DNA from: Octopus vulgaris
Lineage: Eukaryota
Assembly: GCA_951406725.2 (NCBI GenBank)
Contig: OX597825.1
Coordinates: 4,278,001-4,342,000, forward strand
Direction: 5' to 3'
Length of the DNA: 64,000 nucleotides
Made by a program: the position numbers and the translations under genes. Within the stretch, counting starts at the first letter, position 1, and every line of letters begins with the position of its first letter. Of this stretch, positions 13,716 to 28,191 are shown one piece after another. The notes below the pieces were generated by a model. The model did not search any database. It saw nothing but the letters and a program-made list of their open reading frames with translations, and was not told where the DNA came from.

Positions 13716-14767
13716 GTTGGTCATAATAGCGAGCAGGAGATGCTCCGCATTGTAATTCGATATTGAAGTGACAAATCGCAACAAAATCGGCTTTGAATAT
13801 CCCCTCCTTACTGTATTAAAATAACAAGAGATTAAAAGCAAGAATTTATTAAACAATAGATAGACGTCGGTTATTAGAGTTGGACAGAGTCTAAGCAGCC
13901 ACAGTGAGAGGTTCCACAGATGCACCAGCTTAAAAAGAAAACAAAAAATAAAAACCACATTTCACTTAAACTGACAATACGATTTCAGGTATACAAGATA
14001 CTATTTTGTAATACAGATCCTTGTATAAATAAATATAGGACAGCAACTGTTGAAACCTCTTCTCGATAAGAACAGACTGGAGGCTAACGAATAGCAACAA
14101 CAACAACAAATGATAATAAAAATTCTGTTTGGACAATACTTTACTGATGGAAATTATTCGAAGTAGACCTTCTACCTATCGTACCTTCTTTCATCTTTGA
14201 AGATCGCCTAATTTTTCTTTATTTTTAACTAGCGCTACAAGCTTTGCTCCATTAATCTCTATTAACCGAGACCAAAACTATAGCTCTAAGTAAATACTAA
14301 GTCATTGGTTAAACAACAGACGATGTTAAAGACCGTAATTTCTTTCATCACTGACCTTTATATATTGCTTTCATGCTAGATTCCTTTCAAATTATCCCTG
14401 ATTTTTGTTTTCTTTATGTATTTGTTCGAATACTTAAATTTCGTTTGTCTTCTTTTATACATTTACTGTGTATCACAATTTTCATTGTTTTTTTTTTCTT
14501 TGTCATTTTCTTCTAGCTATTACATTTTAAGTTCAGCAAAAAAGTGTATAATTCTACTACGCTGTAATTTATTACAAGATTAGAAGACGGTGATATATCA
14601 TTGTTTTGTTCAAAATTAACCACAGAGTGCGATCGAGTATGTAAGCTGGACAAGATGTTAGTCAACGCCATCATTAAATGAACGATTAGTAGGCTATTGG
14701 CCAGCTTTCACTGGTTCAAAGCAATTAGTTTATAAATTCATTGACTGAGAGAGAAGAGATTACATTC

Positions 14768-14957
<190 letters not shown>

Positions 14958-16061
14958 AGCGCACATATGCATATAATACATTTTTTCGAACTGTGAAACT
15001 GGAAGCACGTAACGCTAGAGATAAAAGCGTTTAAACAAGGAAATGGGACAGAAAATATCGAAGGCTACCCAGGTGACTCGAACTTGCCATGTTTACAGAA
15101 TTTGTGGGTCCGAGTTCCAAGTGTTGCCCTCGAATTTTTTTCTCTTCAAATTGTTTTGTAACCCCTTATTTACATTGTTTGTTATCATTTTCATAAGTAA
15201 TGTCGGTACGAATTTTATATACCAATATTGTGGGGAAAGAAAAAAGAGTTAAGACTAAATGCAAGGTATACATAATTGAGTTTTTAAATGACTGAAATAA
15301 CAAGTAATTAAAAATGCGACATTTCATGTGAAACAACCCAATACTACTTGAGAGGTCGGGAACCACAATTTCGAAGAAAACAGATGACCATTAAAAGCTA
15401 CCACTTTGGTTCATTTATCTGGTAAATTACAAAATGTATGAATTAGGGATTACGTTTTGAAGTAATTCAACATATTTTAAGGTTCCATATATGTAGATGA
15501 ACATAATAATTTATGAGAATATAACAGAAATGCATATGCAAAGTTGTTTTCACAATTTCAAAAATTTTCAATAAAATTAAGCAATATATTTGCTGACTTG
15601 AAGAGACAAAGATCAATCTATAAATCCTGTCATTTGGAATCTGCAATGTAGAAAATAATATAGAAAAATTAGAATGAATGTAACAATTTTTTTCTCTCAC
15701 GACATCAAGCGTTTCTTGGTGTAATTTTCTCCCGAGGTAAAAAAATCCACATGAGCACCATTTTTCATATAGCCTCATTATTCAAATCATTTAAAAGGAT
15801 TTTTTTTTCATTCGCTTCTATTTCCTTTTTGCAAATTCATTCCCGCCTCTCTCACTTACTTTCTATAAGTCACTCACCCTCTCCCACACCATCTCGTTCT
15901 ATCTGTAAATACATGGGCGTGCTTATTTGCATTTGCATTTGCATATATCGCTTCGCATATATAAACAAACGCGCGCGCACGTAATCTCATTCATGCATAG
16001 GTAGATACATACATATATACATATGTATGGTTCTATGTGGTTACATATATATATATATAGG

Positions 16062-16138
<77 letters not shown>

Positions 16139-16273
16139 TAGGCTGTTGGCAGCTTTTTGAAAAAATGTATTCACGTATGTATATAAGTCCACTGTATATC
16201 ATATTTCCACTTACATGCGGTCATGCCTACGCACGTCAGTGCATTTGCAGGATATATATACGTATATACATAC

Positions 16274-16372
<99 letters not shown>

Positions 16373-16468
16373 CGTATATATATATATGTATATATGTATA
16401 TATCTATCTATCTATATATATATATATATGCATGCATATGTATATATATATATATATACATGCATATG

Positions 16469-16499
<31 letters not shown>

Positions 16500-16794
16500 G
16501 TGTGTGTATATATATACTATATGTGTGTCTGTATTACATATATATTCATATATATATAAGGCCACGTATGTTTGTATATATATGTGTGCGTGTGCTCGTA
16601 TGAGTGTGACATCGTAAGGATATGTATATATATTTTTTCTTTACATCATAGAGTAATGTGTACCTTATAAAATTCTTTAGCTTGCTGAAGAAGATATGAG
16701 AATATGGTACTCGATTTGTATGAAGATATTTACTTCTATTCTGTTGGCTGATAGGATATGCCAAAGGGGCAGAGTAATAGAAAAAAAAAAGAAT

Positions 16795-17114
16795 GCGGAG
16801 GAGGAGAAGAAGAAGAAGAAGAAGAAGAAGAAGAAGAAGAAGAAGAAGAAGAAGAAGAAGAAGAAGAAGAAGAAAAAGAAGAAGGAGGAGGAGGACGAGG
16901 CGGACGAGGAGGAGGAGAAGGAGGAGAAGAAGCCAAAGTCCAAAATCAATTACATAGCCATAACTGCAAAGGTATTATATGAGATGGGGGGAATAGAAAG
17001 AAAGATATATCGAGAGAAAAGTAATAATAATAATAATAATAAGAATAAGAATAATAGTAATAATGATAATAAAAAATAATAATAATAGTAATAATAATAA
17101 TAATAATAATAATG

Positions 17115-17153
<39 letters not shown>

Positions 17154-17256
17154 GTAATAGTAATAACAACAATAATAACGATAACAATAATAATAATGAT
17201 GATAATGATGATGATGACGATTGTGATGCTAATAGCAATGATGATGATGATAGCAA

Positions 17257-17315
<59 letters not shown>
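16795..17315. repeat. (AAG/GAG)n followed by (AAT/GAT)n microsatellites
   Basis: Visible runs; source of the poly-K/E/N/I ORFs. Confidence 0.95.
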
Positions 17316-17634
17316 GAGAAATAAAAAAAATCAGTTGATGAAACTTTATAAGTAGCTATACGTGACTAGAGATGGGTTGGTAAAATAGCGAAAAATCTTC
17401 AGCTTCAGGCATAGAAGTTTTGTTGCCGGAAGCGAGAGACACGAATGGGAAATCACTGTGAAATAGGGATATGAAAATGTTAAAAAAAAAAAAAAAATCT
17501 ATGGAAATAACATTAAAAAATATTATGATCATACAATCTAAAATGAAGGTTAAGCTGTATTGTAGAACATCTCCGAGTAGACTGCATGATGGCTTCATGT
17601 ATTATATACGCAGTGCTTGCATGTGTGCGTGTAC

Positions 17635-17700
<66 letters not shown>

Positions 17701-17924
17701 AGATATATGTGTGTGTGTGTATGCGTGTATATATGTATGTATATGTATATATGTATATATATATTATACACACACACACACACACACATATGTATATATA
17801 TACACACGCATTCATACTCTCAGGCGTGCGCAAATATATATTCATATAAATGTGTATGTAATTGTGTATACGATAACATGTATACACAAAAAATTGGAAT
17901 TACTTAATGTAGCAATACATACTT

Positions 17925-17960
<36 letters not shown>

Positions 17961-18037
17961 GTATATATATGTATGTGTGTGTGTGTGTGTCTGTGTGTGT
18001 ATGTATACATACACATATTATGTAAGCTTTTATATGT

Positions 18038-18094
<57 letters not shown>

Positions 18095-18299
18095 GAGAGT
18101 GTGGGTGGGAGCGAATGAAGAGAGAGAGAGAAATTGAAACAGACAGACATAAAATAGTGAAAAGAAGATATAGATCTACTTGAAAGACATAAGTGAAGAT
18201 TTTTCTATGTAAATTATATGAATTCATATGTATGTACGTATATTTATGTCCGTATAGATACACACACGCATACATATATACATATGAACATATATTTAT

Positions 18300-18349
<50 letters not shown>

Positions 18350-18589
18350 TTATATGTATATGCATATATATACATACATATAAATACTTACGTGGATGTA
18401 TAATGCATTAATAGATTACGCAAACACAAGTACACAAGTATATACATAACAATATCTGTTAAACTATATAGTTGTCTATCTGTCTATTATCTAAGAGCTC
18501 ATGTGCATGTATGTGCCCTCTTGTATTTATGGATAATGCTTGTAAGTGAGTTACTGGAATACGGCCGCATAAAGAAGTGCCAAGATCTA

Positions 18590-18905
18590 ATAGTTGGGCG
18601 AACGTGTGAAAGGGTAAAACCCAAAGCGTAGAACGAAGTGGTGAGAAATGAATCGGAACTGGGGGGCGTTGTGGCAATTAGATGTAAAGGAGAAGATGCG
18701 ACAAGCTAAGTAAAACCGCTGTCATCCATACTAACAGGGTTTTGTCTCTTACAGTTGCGCGTGCCACGTAAAATGCACTCGTGTTCGGTGTTGCATAAAA
18801 TGCAACCAGCGGAAGTCCATCCAGCCGTAGGAACCATGTCCACAACAGACAACTGGAGTGTGGACAGTCTGCTGGCTGACCGGCTCCATGTTAATCGTCA
18901 ATCAT
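18590..18905 (+). mobile_element. SINE/RTE-type 3' tail fragment
   Basis: GGAAGTCCATCCAGCCGTAGGAACCATG resembles the AGGAAGGGCATCCAGCCGTAGAAAC tail of RTE-partnered SINEs (recalled, not searched). Confidence 0.4.
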
Positions 18906-19114
18906 CGATTTTAAGCCCACCTTTGTACTGATATTTTTGCTTCTTAAGAACCGCTAAATATGTGCCATTTTAGTTTCACAGTGTTTTGCAATGGCGCAGT
19001 GTTTTATGATGTCTCATATATTGCCACTCTTCTTCTATGTGGTTACGTTGTAAGTCCTTTGTTTGGAAATTTTCTACGGTTGTATTAGAGCCAAGATTCA
19101 TAATTGTTCTCTAT

Positions 19115-19325
19115 ATTGGTTTCAAATTTCGTCACAAAGCCTCAGATTTCGCATTCAACCCGATTATATCGACACCATTGCTTGGCTAGGACTCATTTTA
19201 TCGACCTCGAAAGAACGAAAGACAAAGTAGATTACGGTGGGATTTGAACTCAAAGCAGACGATCAACGACATACCGCTCAGTATTTTGCCCGATGTGGCT
19301 ACCGATTCTGCTAGTTCGCCGCCTC
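19115..19325 (-). mobile_element. Family-A SINE, near full length, degenerate
   Basis: TATCGACCTCGAAAGAACGAAAGACAAAGTAG...GGATTTGAACTCAAAGC...GATTCTGCTAGTTCGCCGCCT. Confidence 0.8.
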
Positions 19326-21299
19326 AGTATTCCAGAATATTAAGAAATAAGCAAATAAAGTGTATAACAGAATGTTCTTGCCATTATATAGCAAACAAAA
19401 TCACTCTTCTACGTATCCATTATGTATCTGCTGCTGGGATGTACTTCCTGTTCATGCATTCTGAAAAGAAGCCATTAGGTTGAGCTGAGTATAGTTGTGC
19501 AAAATGGAACCGTAAGCGGATAACTCTAGTTATTAGTCTTGATGTCTTGAAAAGGGTTTATGCAAGAGGAAATGTCATCTGCATGGCCATTAAATCTTGC
19601 AGCAGCTACTGAAGGAGCAATACTTGACAAAAGAAATGAATACGATTCAAGTGATGTAAAATTTACTCTATTCATTGCTCAGACCTTATTTATTCAAAGA
19701 TATACTATGATGCATAAAATGAAATAGTTCTTGCGTAAACGGGTCTAGGAGAGATCTCGACAAAATGTGCCAATAAACACGATGGCAATTCTAAAAAAAG
19801 CCAAATTTTTGTTAGTGGTTGTACAGAAAAAACGAAAGTGAAACATCTGATGAAAAAGAAATCCGGCTTACTAAGAATGATTTCAAAGTTTTAAAATGTT
19901 TTGAATTTTGTGCAGGAAAATAACTAAAGAAGCTTTCACTTGAGATATAAATGGTGCTACTAATTATCTTTGGTGGTTGAAGAAAATGATTGACGAATGG
20001 GAAATATACAATTTTCTGCAGCACATCACCTCTAGATCATTGCCTCTCAAAAAAAAAAAGAAAAAAAGAATGCCATAAGGATTTAAAAGTTTTGAAAATC
20101 GGCAAACCTCTGCGAGAGGAAATACCTCTGAGAAAATGAGATTAAACCACCTATTAATGCGTCAACATAAAAATTCAAGATCTTTCAAATTTTAATGAAA
20201 ATTTTACACAAAATCTAATCCACATTTGAATATGGGGATTCAAGTAAGAAGACATAAATAACTAAACTTTTTCGAAGCGTGTTTTACGTCGTTTTTGCTT
20301 TTTGTTCTGCTGGACAAAAGCTACAATGTCGGACATGAGGTTTCCCACAAATCATTGCTCTTTTTAGGAAAGAATCTAGCGGACTTAAAAATGATTCCTG
20401 ATAATGTGGCAGTAGGATAATTATCTCCAAGAATATAACTTCCTTGCTCAACATAATAGATCGAGTATATGCAAGGTATATTACGTGAGAACTTTTAAAC
20501 AATTTATGAAAACAATTGTCATGGCAAATATATTTATTGTATGAAAATTCTGAAAAAATGTCAAAGTAAGGCATTACTTGTAATGAATAAAGTCTCATAC
20601 GTCACTGGTGCATAGTATGATATTTGGTCAGACTCTATTAGTGACATTACAATTTTTCAAAATCAGAAATTTAACAATATGCTTTGGAAGGTATGGCGTC
20701 TCCCTCAAATGACGTAACGTATGGCGATGTCATAGAATATAACTTCTCGAACAAAAGCAAGCTGAATGTGCAAGAATTCAAATATCTCCACCTAAATTGA
20801 CTGCAATTAATATTGCTAATGAGTTGGCCTTTGTACAGAAAGGTTGTTATGCTTTGGACTATTACAGCTCTAATCGTGGATATAAAATAAAAAATTACAA
20901 CGTAACTTTACAATGAACTCAGATCCTACACTGGACTCTACAAACAGATGGTTTGCCACAAACACCAAGCACTTCTGTGTTGTTTCTCTGCATTCCTCCA
21001 GTAAATGATAAAATTGAACTGTTAGAAAGAACAGAGTATATCTCATCGTTTCAGAAACTCTCATTTCTCCTCGCACCGTAACAATCATTTTTGCTGTGGA
21101 AATGTACCCACTTCTTACGGACACATATTTCTCTGCAAATGATTTTATCTCTACATATATATTACATTGTGAACGTTTAGAAACTGATATTTTCACGCAT
21201 AAATGTGATCCTGCTTTTCGCTGTTGTGCTTTTTAGTAAATATTCGGTTCACCCTGCAACTTTTGGTTATGCAAACATACGTATTGCAAGAGGATATGA

Positions 21300-21582
21300 T
21301 TAAATAAGTACCAGTTACGCACTGGGTTCGATATAATCGACTTAATCCGTTTGTCTGTCCTTGTTTGTCTCCTCTGTGTTTATGCCCTTGTGGGTAGTAA
21401 AGAAATAGAAATAGGTATTTAGTCTGTCTTTACGTTCTGAGTTCAAATTCCGCCGAGGTCGACTTTGCATTCCATCCTTTCGGGTTCCATAATTTAAGTA
21501 CCAGTTGCGAACTGGAGTCACTCTAATTGACTGATCCCCTCCCTAATTGTTTCGAGCCTTGTGCCTAGAGTAGAAAAGAATA
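21300..21582 (+). mobile_element. Family-A SINE, partial dimer
   Basis: The tail of one unit is joined via AAGAAATAG...GTATTTAGTCTGTC to a second unit with GAGTTCAAATTCCGCCGAGGTCGACTTTGC; same junction as 13465-13490. Confidence 0.88.
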
Positions 21583-21743
21583 TTTCGTAACAGAGGCTGT
21601 TATGTGTTTAGGTGACATTCTGAATTTTACATTATGAATACTTCAATTATTATTATGCATAGGGTGAATTTAGCATTACAAGAAATTAGTATTACACGAC
21701 TTATTTTTAGTCCACGAAATTGCAGTCTGTGATATCGTAATTT

Positions 21744-22391
21744 TTTTACCCCATAGCCAGCTCTGATCTAGGGTCACCATAATCGAAAGTGTTCCATTTG
21801 ACACCTGTCTTGTACGCTTCTACAATCTGGAAAGCCTTCCATAAAGTGTCCTTCATTTTTATATGACAGTAGCTTAAGATTATTAAAAATATGCCACGAT
21901 AAAATAGTTAATTGCTTCACGTTTCAAGTTACAGGAGAATAAAAGAATTTAGCGTCAAGAAAACTATGATATTTTTCATGTTTATCTGGCGCCATGCTTT
22001 GAATTAGAAAATTGTTTGATCATCAAAAATCATACGCCCTTGGGGTTTTTAAAAAAATTTCTGAACATTGACTTCAAATGTGTTGTGGTCACCTTTGCAT
22101 TCAAGGCTATCGGAGTCAAGAAACAGAAATCAACAATTCTGAACGGCGAATTGCACGAAGTGTAAAAATGTCAGATTAGATACTTTGCATTTTATCTTCC
22201 GGTTTGTTACGTTCTGCGTTCAAATTTCACCAACAAACAATTGTGAGGTGCATTTAATCATTAAATCTTTCGCTCAGATCGAGGCCAGTCTCTCTTACCT
22301 TATATAATTTTACCCCATGGCTAGCCCTGATCTAGGACCACCATGATCGAAATTGTTCCATTTATGACCTGTCTCGTACGCTTCTACAATC
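21744..22391 (+). repeat. 84-bp direct repeat pair (21744-21827 and 22308-22391)
   Basis: TTTTACCCCATAGCCAGCTCTGATCTAGG...TGTACGCTTCTACAATC versus TTTTACCCCATGGCTAGCCCTGATCTAGG...CGTACGCTTCTACAATC. Confidence 0.85.
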
Positions 22392-22834
22392 CGAAAAACA
22401 AAGTCAACACGCACGCAAGCCCATCACCAGATGCAGACACCTTGCAGATAGACATAAGCCTTGATTTTTCCTCCTTACTAAAATATAAAAACAATAAAAT
22501 AGTACCGGTACATTAAATACCAGTCAAGTACTGAGGATTTATAACCGTGCTTACCATTCCTAGTCAAGGCGTTAAAATCAATAACATCATTATACTCACT
22601 TCCAATGCTTCTACAAATGTCGACTAATGGCTGCTCACGGTATAAATGTGTAAAATCGGAACATATTATCTTGGAAATGCGAATAATGATGACACTATTA
22701 CCTAAATGCAAGATTTAGGAAGCTATTAACCCAAACATTTTCAATGTTCGGTGAGAAAAGTAATATGACGGTAAACTCAACAAGACATTAGTTGATGGTC
22801 ACGCAATATTCCTGCATTAGTAGTAGTAGTAGTC

Positions 22835-22906
<72 letters not shown>

Positions 22907-23776
22907 ATGGTGGTGGTGGTGGTGGTGGTAGTAGTAGTAGAAGTAGTAGTAGTAGTAAATGGCGAAAAATAAATCTCCTTCAAGGTAACATTGTTTGCCA
23001 ATGTGGTATCCTATTATGGATATGTAAATACATATAAATGAATATCAGTATTGCAGCTTATCGTGTGTTGAATAAATGATTACCTTTGTTTCGTTGTTTT
23101 ATCTTTGCTTTTTCGCTATTTTTTTCTTTCATTTCTTTACGAAGACTGAGCGAAAAATCAATAGATGCTTCAGTTTTAAGTAACGACTACCTTAACGTTA
23201 CACAAAACCCCTTTATAATTCTATTGATGGAAAAGCTCATACATCTGCATAAAAGATGGGATTAACTCTGACTACACAAAACTACTCCAGTGAAATATTG
23301 GTGCTAGAGAATATTTACTACCAAATAGATAAAATCTCCTCTCCTGTCCATTCCTTCACCTCCAACTCTATCTATTGACTCGCTCCGTTTCCATTTCTCT
23401 CTAAGAATTTCTTCATTTCTCACTATCACATACTTAATTTCCATTGCTTTCCCCTTCGTTCTATATACCTATCCATCATACTCAGCTTCTATCCGTTTCT
23501 GCAACTTTCTCTCGCATACACACAATGCTGTATATGTAAGAGTAAGCTTACACCTTTCACACACTTTTGCCTATTTCTCTCACTATTTTTCCCTTTCTCC
23601 GGTTATCTATCCTTCATATCCTGTCTTCTTGTGTCTCCTTTTCTCTTTCCATGCAGAGAGAAACACAGATCTCATTTCGCAAGTGTTATCTCCATGCATT
23701 ATGCTAACATACAGCTGTCGTCCACAATATCCGTCATTCTTCCAAAGAATATATGTAATATACATACATATATACT

Positions 23777-23809
<33 letters not shown>

Positions 23810-24170
23810 GTATAAACACTGCCTATCCTGTCGCAGTTGACCGTTGATAGCCGCATAGATGCGAAAGCGGTAAAATTTTTCTATTATATTCTTTATGGTT
23901 GTAACTTACATCGTTGACGTTGTAAAGTGAAATCACACAATGATATTGATGCTCAGGATTCTCTTGTCGATAGAACAGGTAAGACACAGGTGCTAATCTA
24001 AACATAAGTCGTGTGCGAAAAGATGAAGTAATCACTTAATAAAACAGACACTAGTCAAGTTCAAATACCATTGAAATCGATAAGCCTTCTCAATCGATGT
24101 TTTGCTATCTCTTGCTTTGTAATCGATATTATAAGGTAACATTTGTGACAGCATTAATCGTAGGTGATAT

Positions 24171-24210
<40 letters not shown>

Positions 24211-24771
24211 TTAAGGGGGAGCGAAAGAGACAGAGATACATACATACATATATGTATGTGTGTGTGTATTTGTGTCTGTGTCTGTGTTTGTATGTATGTG
24301 TGTATGTGTGTATGTATGTATGTATGTATGTATGTATGTATGTATGTATGTATGTATGTATGTATGTATGTATGTATGTATGGAGATGTCTTTAGTAAAC
24401 TAAACCGCAGTGTAAGACAGTGTAAACTTTACTTTTTCTTATACAGAATACACGGTGTTATCGGCTAGAAGGAGGCAAGTTCTTTTTCTAGTATGTAGAA
24501 CAGTTTACTATAGATAATAGCTGCAACTGCGGTATTAAAAGCTAGATTATACCGGATTACACCATCATCAGGTAAGCTATTATGGTAATCCATATTACAG
24601 TGTTTATCTCCTCGGATTTTTTTTTTATGTTAGGCAAATTATACTTATTATCAACAGAGTTAACATGGCACTGAGTTCCTAATGTATTTAAAATTAAGTT
24701 AAGGCAAATTGCTTGTCTAGTAAAATTTACATAATCAGGCAACGCCTCTGAGATTCTATCTTCAGTACCAC

Positions 24772-24936
24772 CACCGTTAACACTCGCACCGGGCGAAATG
24801 CGTAGCCCTATTTCGTATGTCGTTACGTTCCGAGTTCAAATTCCCCCGAGGTCGATTTTGCCTTTCATCCTTTCGGGGTCGATAAATAAAGTACCAGTTA
24901 CGCACTGGGGTCGATGCAATCGACTTAATCCCTTTG
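24772..24936 (+). mobile_element. Family-A SINE, well preserved core
   Basis: CCGGGCGAAATGCGTAGCCCTATTTCG...CGAGTTCAAATTCCCCCGAGGTCGATTTTGCCTTTCATCCTTTCGGGGTCGATAAATAAAGTACCAG. Confidence 0.9.
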
Positions 24937-25222
24937 TTGCGTACACGTGTATTCGGTCAAAAGTAGCGAATATGTGCAGAAGTGAAGTGACAAAACCCGT
25001 ATTTACTTAAGTAAAGGTACTTATACGTCCGTAAACATAGTTAATGCTGAGGTGCGCTATCCCCGACACTTCCCTGGTGCATTTGCTATTTAAATTCATT
25101 GAGTCTATTGGGTCCTGAAAATTTGTATATATATATATTGATAGAAATAGTAAGACAACAAAAGAATGACAGAGACCTTGACGTTATATAAATAGAGGAA
25201 TTTATCTGTCACATATACTTTC

Positions 25223-25351
<129 letters not shown>

Positions 25352-26028
25352 CATATATATAGATATACATATACATATATCTATGTGTATATATATATGT
25401 TTATATCTGTATATATGTACATATAAGTATGTATATATAATTTGACAGAATGAAAGAAAGAAAGAAATATATAGTTATGGATGAAATAGGCTTCATTTGA
25501 ATTATTTTTTTATCCGAACTCTCTACAATTAAGTTTGTCCTAGGGCTAAATCGGTAAAAAAAGCAACTATCAGTTCAGTGCTATATGATTCTTTCGACAT
25601 AATTAACTAAATTCCTACCTGAATTTCGATAAACTAAAACTACCAATTCTGTACATACGTATGTGTTCCTGTTCGTGCGTGCATATTTTCCTGTGCTATA
25701 TTTCTGGGTTACCTTTTTATTGTTCTTTTTCTCAGACTCTCCTGAATGATTATAACATAAAGAATTCTGGGGAAAAAGATATTGTGGGCAAAGGTGATAG
25801 ACTATCAGTATTTAAGGAAATGCTAATTAAATCTGTTAAGGTCATTATCGCAGATATTGGTTCAGTCTGATTTCAATAAGTGGTCAACTGGATGCTGCTG
25901 GCAATAACAGACGTGCTAATAGCTTGGCTGTCTCCCATGATTGTTTCATGATATCCTACATACACATATGTTTGTGTGCGTGCGTATGTGCGCGTAAATG
26001 TCTGTACTTGTATGGACACACACGCATA

Positions 26029-26061
<33 letters not shown>

Positions 26062-26073
26062 ATATATATATAT

Positions 26074-26104
<31 letters not shown>

Positions 26105-26871
26105 TACGCACACAAATATATATACATATATATATATCCTCGCCTGCAGTGTAAATTAAGAAAAAGAAAAAGAGTAAATCACGTTCATTGCTTCAAAAGA
26201 TGCCACAGATCGTCATTATCATTGTCACCATCATTATCGTCAGTATCATTACACCCATCCCACCAACACCTCCACCGTCGAAACCACTACCATCATCACC
26301 ATTCCAATACCGTCACCCACACCATTTTCTTGGTTGTCATCTCTATTATCGTCGTCGGCGACGTCGTCTTCATCGTTACCATCATCATCATCGTTCGCGC
26401 GTCATCGTCAAGGTTATCATCTTCAGCTATAATTTGAAAACCGAAAGACCAACCCTGACGCAACCCGCAGTCTCCAAAACGGATACCTTCATGTTTAGCA
26501 CCGAACATGACCCCTACTATCAGCTATCACGATCACCAATATAGTTGACATCACAACCAATTCCATCATCTTCACCTTCCCCACCTTCATCTCTAACACA
26601 CACCTCATCTCACGCAATAGGACTACTCCCTTGATAGACAAGACTATTTACACCATGGAAACGCCCTTCTCCATCACCACGAGAGTGATGCCTACTCTCA
26701 GCGCAATCAACGCCAATGATACCAACATCATCAACACCACTGTTGTTAGTATCAACATCAGTATGTCAGACATTTCTCGGAAACTAACAACCAAATATCA
26801 CGCAAAAAAAAAAATCAACATTAAGAATACTCAAAATTCTGCCCTGCAGCATTTCAAAGTGTGTCTCGTAC

Positions 26872-26924
26872 TTAATGCCGCCTGACGAAAGCTGGAAGCT
26901 ATATCAGCCGAAACGTCGAATTAA
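26872..26924 (+). ncRNA. Minimal type-I hammerhead ribozyme-like motif
   Basis: CTGACGA at 26882-26888, stem II GCTG/CAGC (26891-94 with 26905-08), GAAA at 26910-13, ACGT palindrome, GUC triplet at 26915-17, and a partial stem I (C26881-G26918, TTAAT/ATTAA). Confidence 0.7.
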
Positions 26925-27249
26925 CATCAAACAAGATGTGGACGAATATCCATCAAATGTAAATAATGTAAATAATGTACATAATTCCTCATCTTTTAAG
27001 TTCAAGCAAAAATATAGTGTTAGCTCGAGAAGTGAGAGGAGATATTGTTTTTGAGACTGGTGAATCGCTTAAAAACCCTTTCCACAAATATTGCCAGCGA
27101 GCTTCAATTCTGGATCTGTGATCCCGTTCTTCTTTTTGTGCAATTTTCGATGTCACTTTAGACCTCCAGAGGAATTACACACATTTTGATAAAAGTGAAA
27201 CCGGAGAGCATTTTTTGTACAGAATGTTGGTAGTGGAGGTTAATATTAT

Positions 27250-27345
27250 TCAAGTGTGATTCTAAATGAGACTTTAGACCAGTTTTCAAGCGGCAGATCC
27301 TGCTGCCTAAATCGCACACCAGTCCAGATATTTTCCCGCAATAAT
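27250..27345 (-). mobile_element. RTE-type LINE 3' end remnant
   Basis: GLVCDLGSRICRLKTGLKSHLESH resembles the C-terminal CxxC-R-C...GLxSHxRxH zinc-finger-like end of RTE ORF2. Confidence 0.5.
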
Positions 27346-27409
27346 TTCCTGTCAATTGCAAAGAATTCAGTAGGTGTATCTATACAAACATGCACACATG
27401 CAATACACA

Positions 27410-27484
<75 letters not shown>

Positions 27485-27644
27485 TGGCCTGCTCGCTTAG
27501 CCAGTGGGGTGACGTCATTTGAAGGCTAAAACAATGCGAAACGCATTGGGACCAGCGATGTTTAGTTACATCTGATAGCCTATATATATATACATACATA
27601 CACATATACATATAAATTTATATATGTATTTATATATATATATA

Positions 27645-28005
27645 CAGGATGATTCAAAAGTCGCCATACATAGGAACAATTTATCTTTTTATAACAAACA
27701 GTATATAAGAACAATTTTATTTTTATTTAACAGTCTCTCTATGGTTAGCATTGTTTTGAAATACACATTGCAACACGTTTACCCCACTCATTGTGAACTC
27801 ATAATAGCACATCTGGTGATACGTGTGCAAAGGAGTTGGTGATGCGTTCTTTCAAATCATTTAGGTCTTTTTATCTTTATGCAATATACCATGCCTTTCA
27901 AATGCTCTCAACCATAGAAATCAAGAGGGGTCAGGTTATAAGGGATCTTATAAACTGTTTCCTATAAAAAAAAAGATTTTCCTATGTATGGAGAATTTTG
28001 AATCG

Positions 28006-28010
<5 letters not shown>
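27645..28010 (-). mobile_element. Non-autonomous Tc1/mariner-superfamily element (rosa/maT-like) inserted in (TA)n
   Basis: TIRs CAGGATGATTCAAAAGTCGCCATACATAGGA and TCCTATGTATGGAGAATTTTGAATCGCCCTA, with TA on both sides. The minus strand encodes NLTPLDFYG*EHLKGMVY...DLKERITNSFAHVSPDVL...KRVAMCI, the SPDLxPxD C-terminal region of a transposase. Confidence 0.85.
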
Positions 28011-28055
<45 letters not shown>

Positions 28056-28158
28056 ATATATATATATATGTGTGTGTATATATATATATATATATGTATA
28101 TGTATATACATGTGTGCATGTGTATATATATATATGCATACATACACACACACACACG

Positions 28159-28191
<33 letters not shown>

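Noticed and set aside
19500-21260. Possible DNA-transposon coding remnant
   Set aside because: No conserved motif could be read in the frames inspected.
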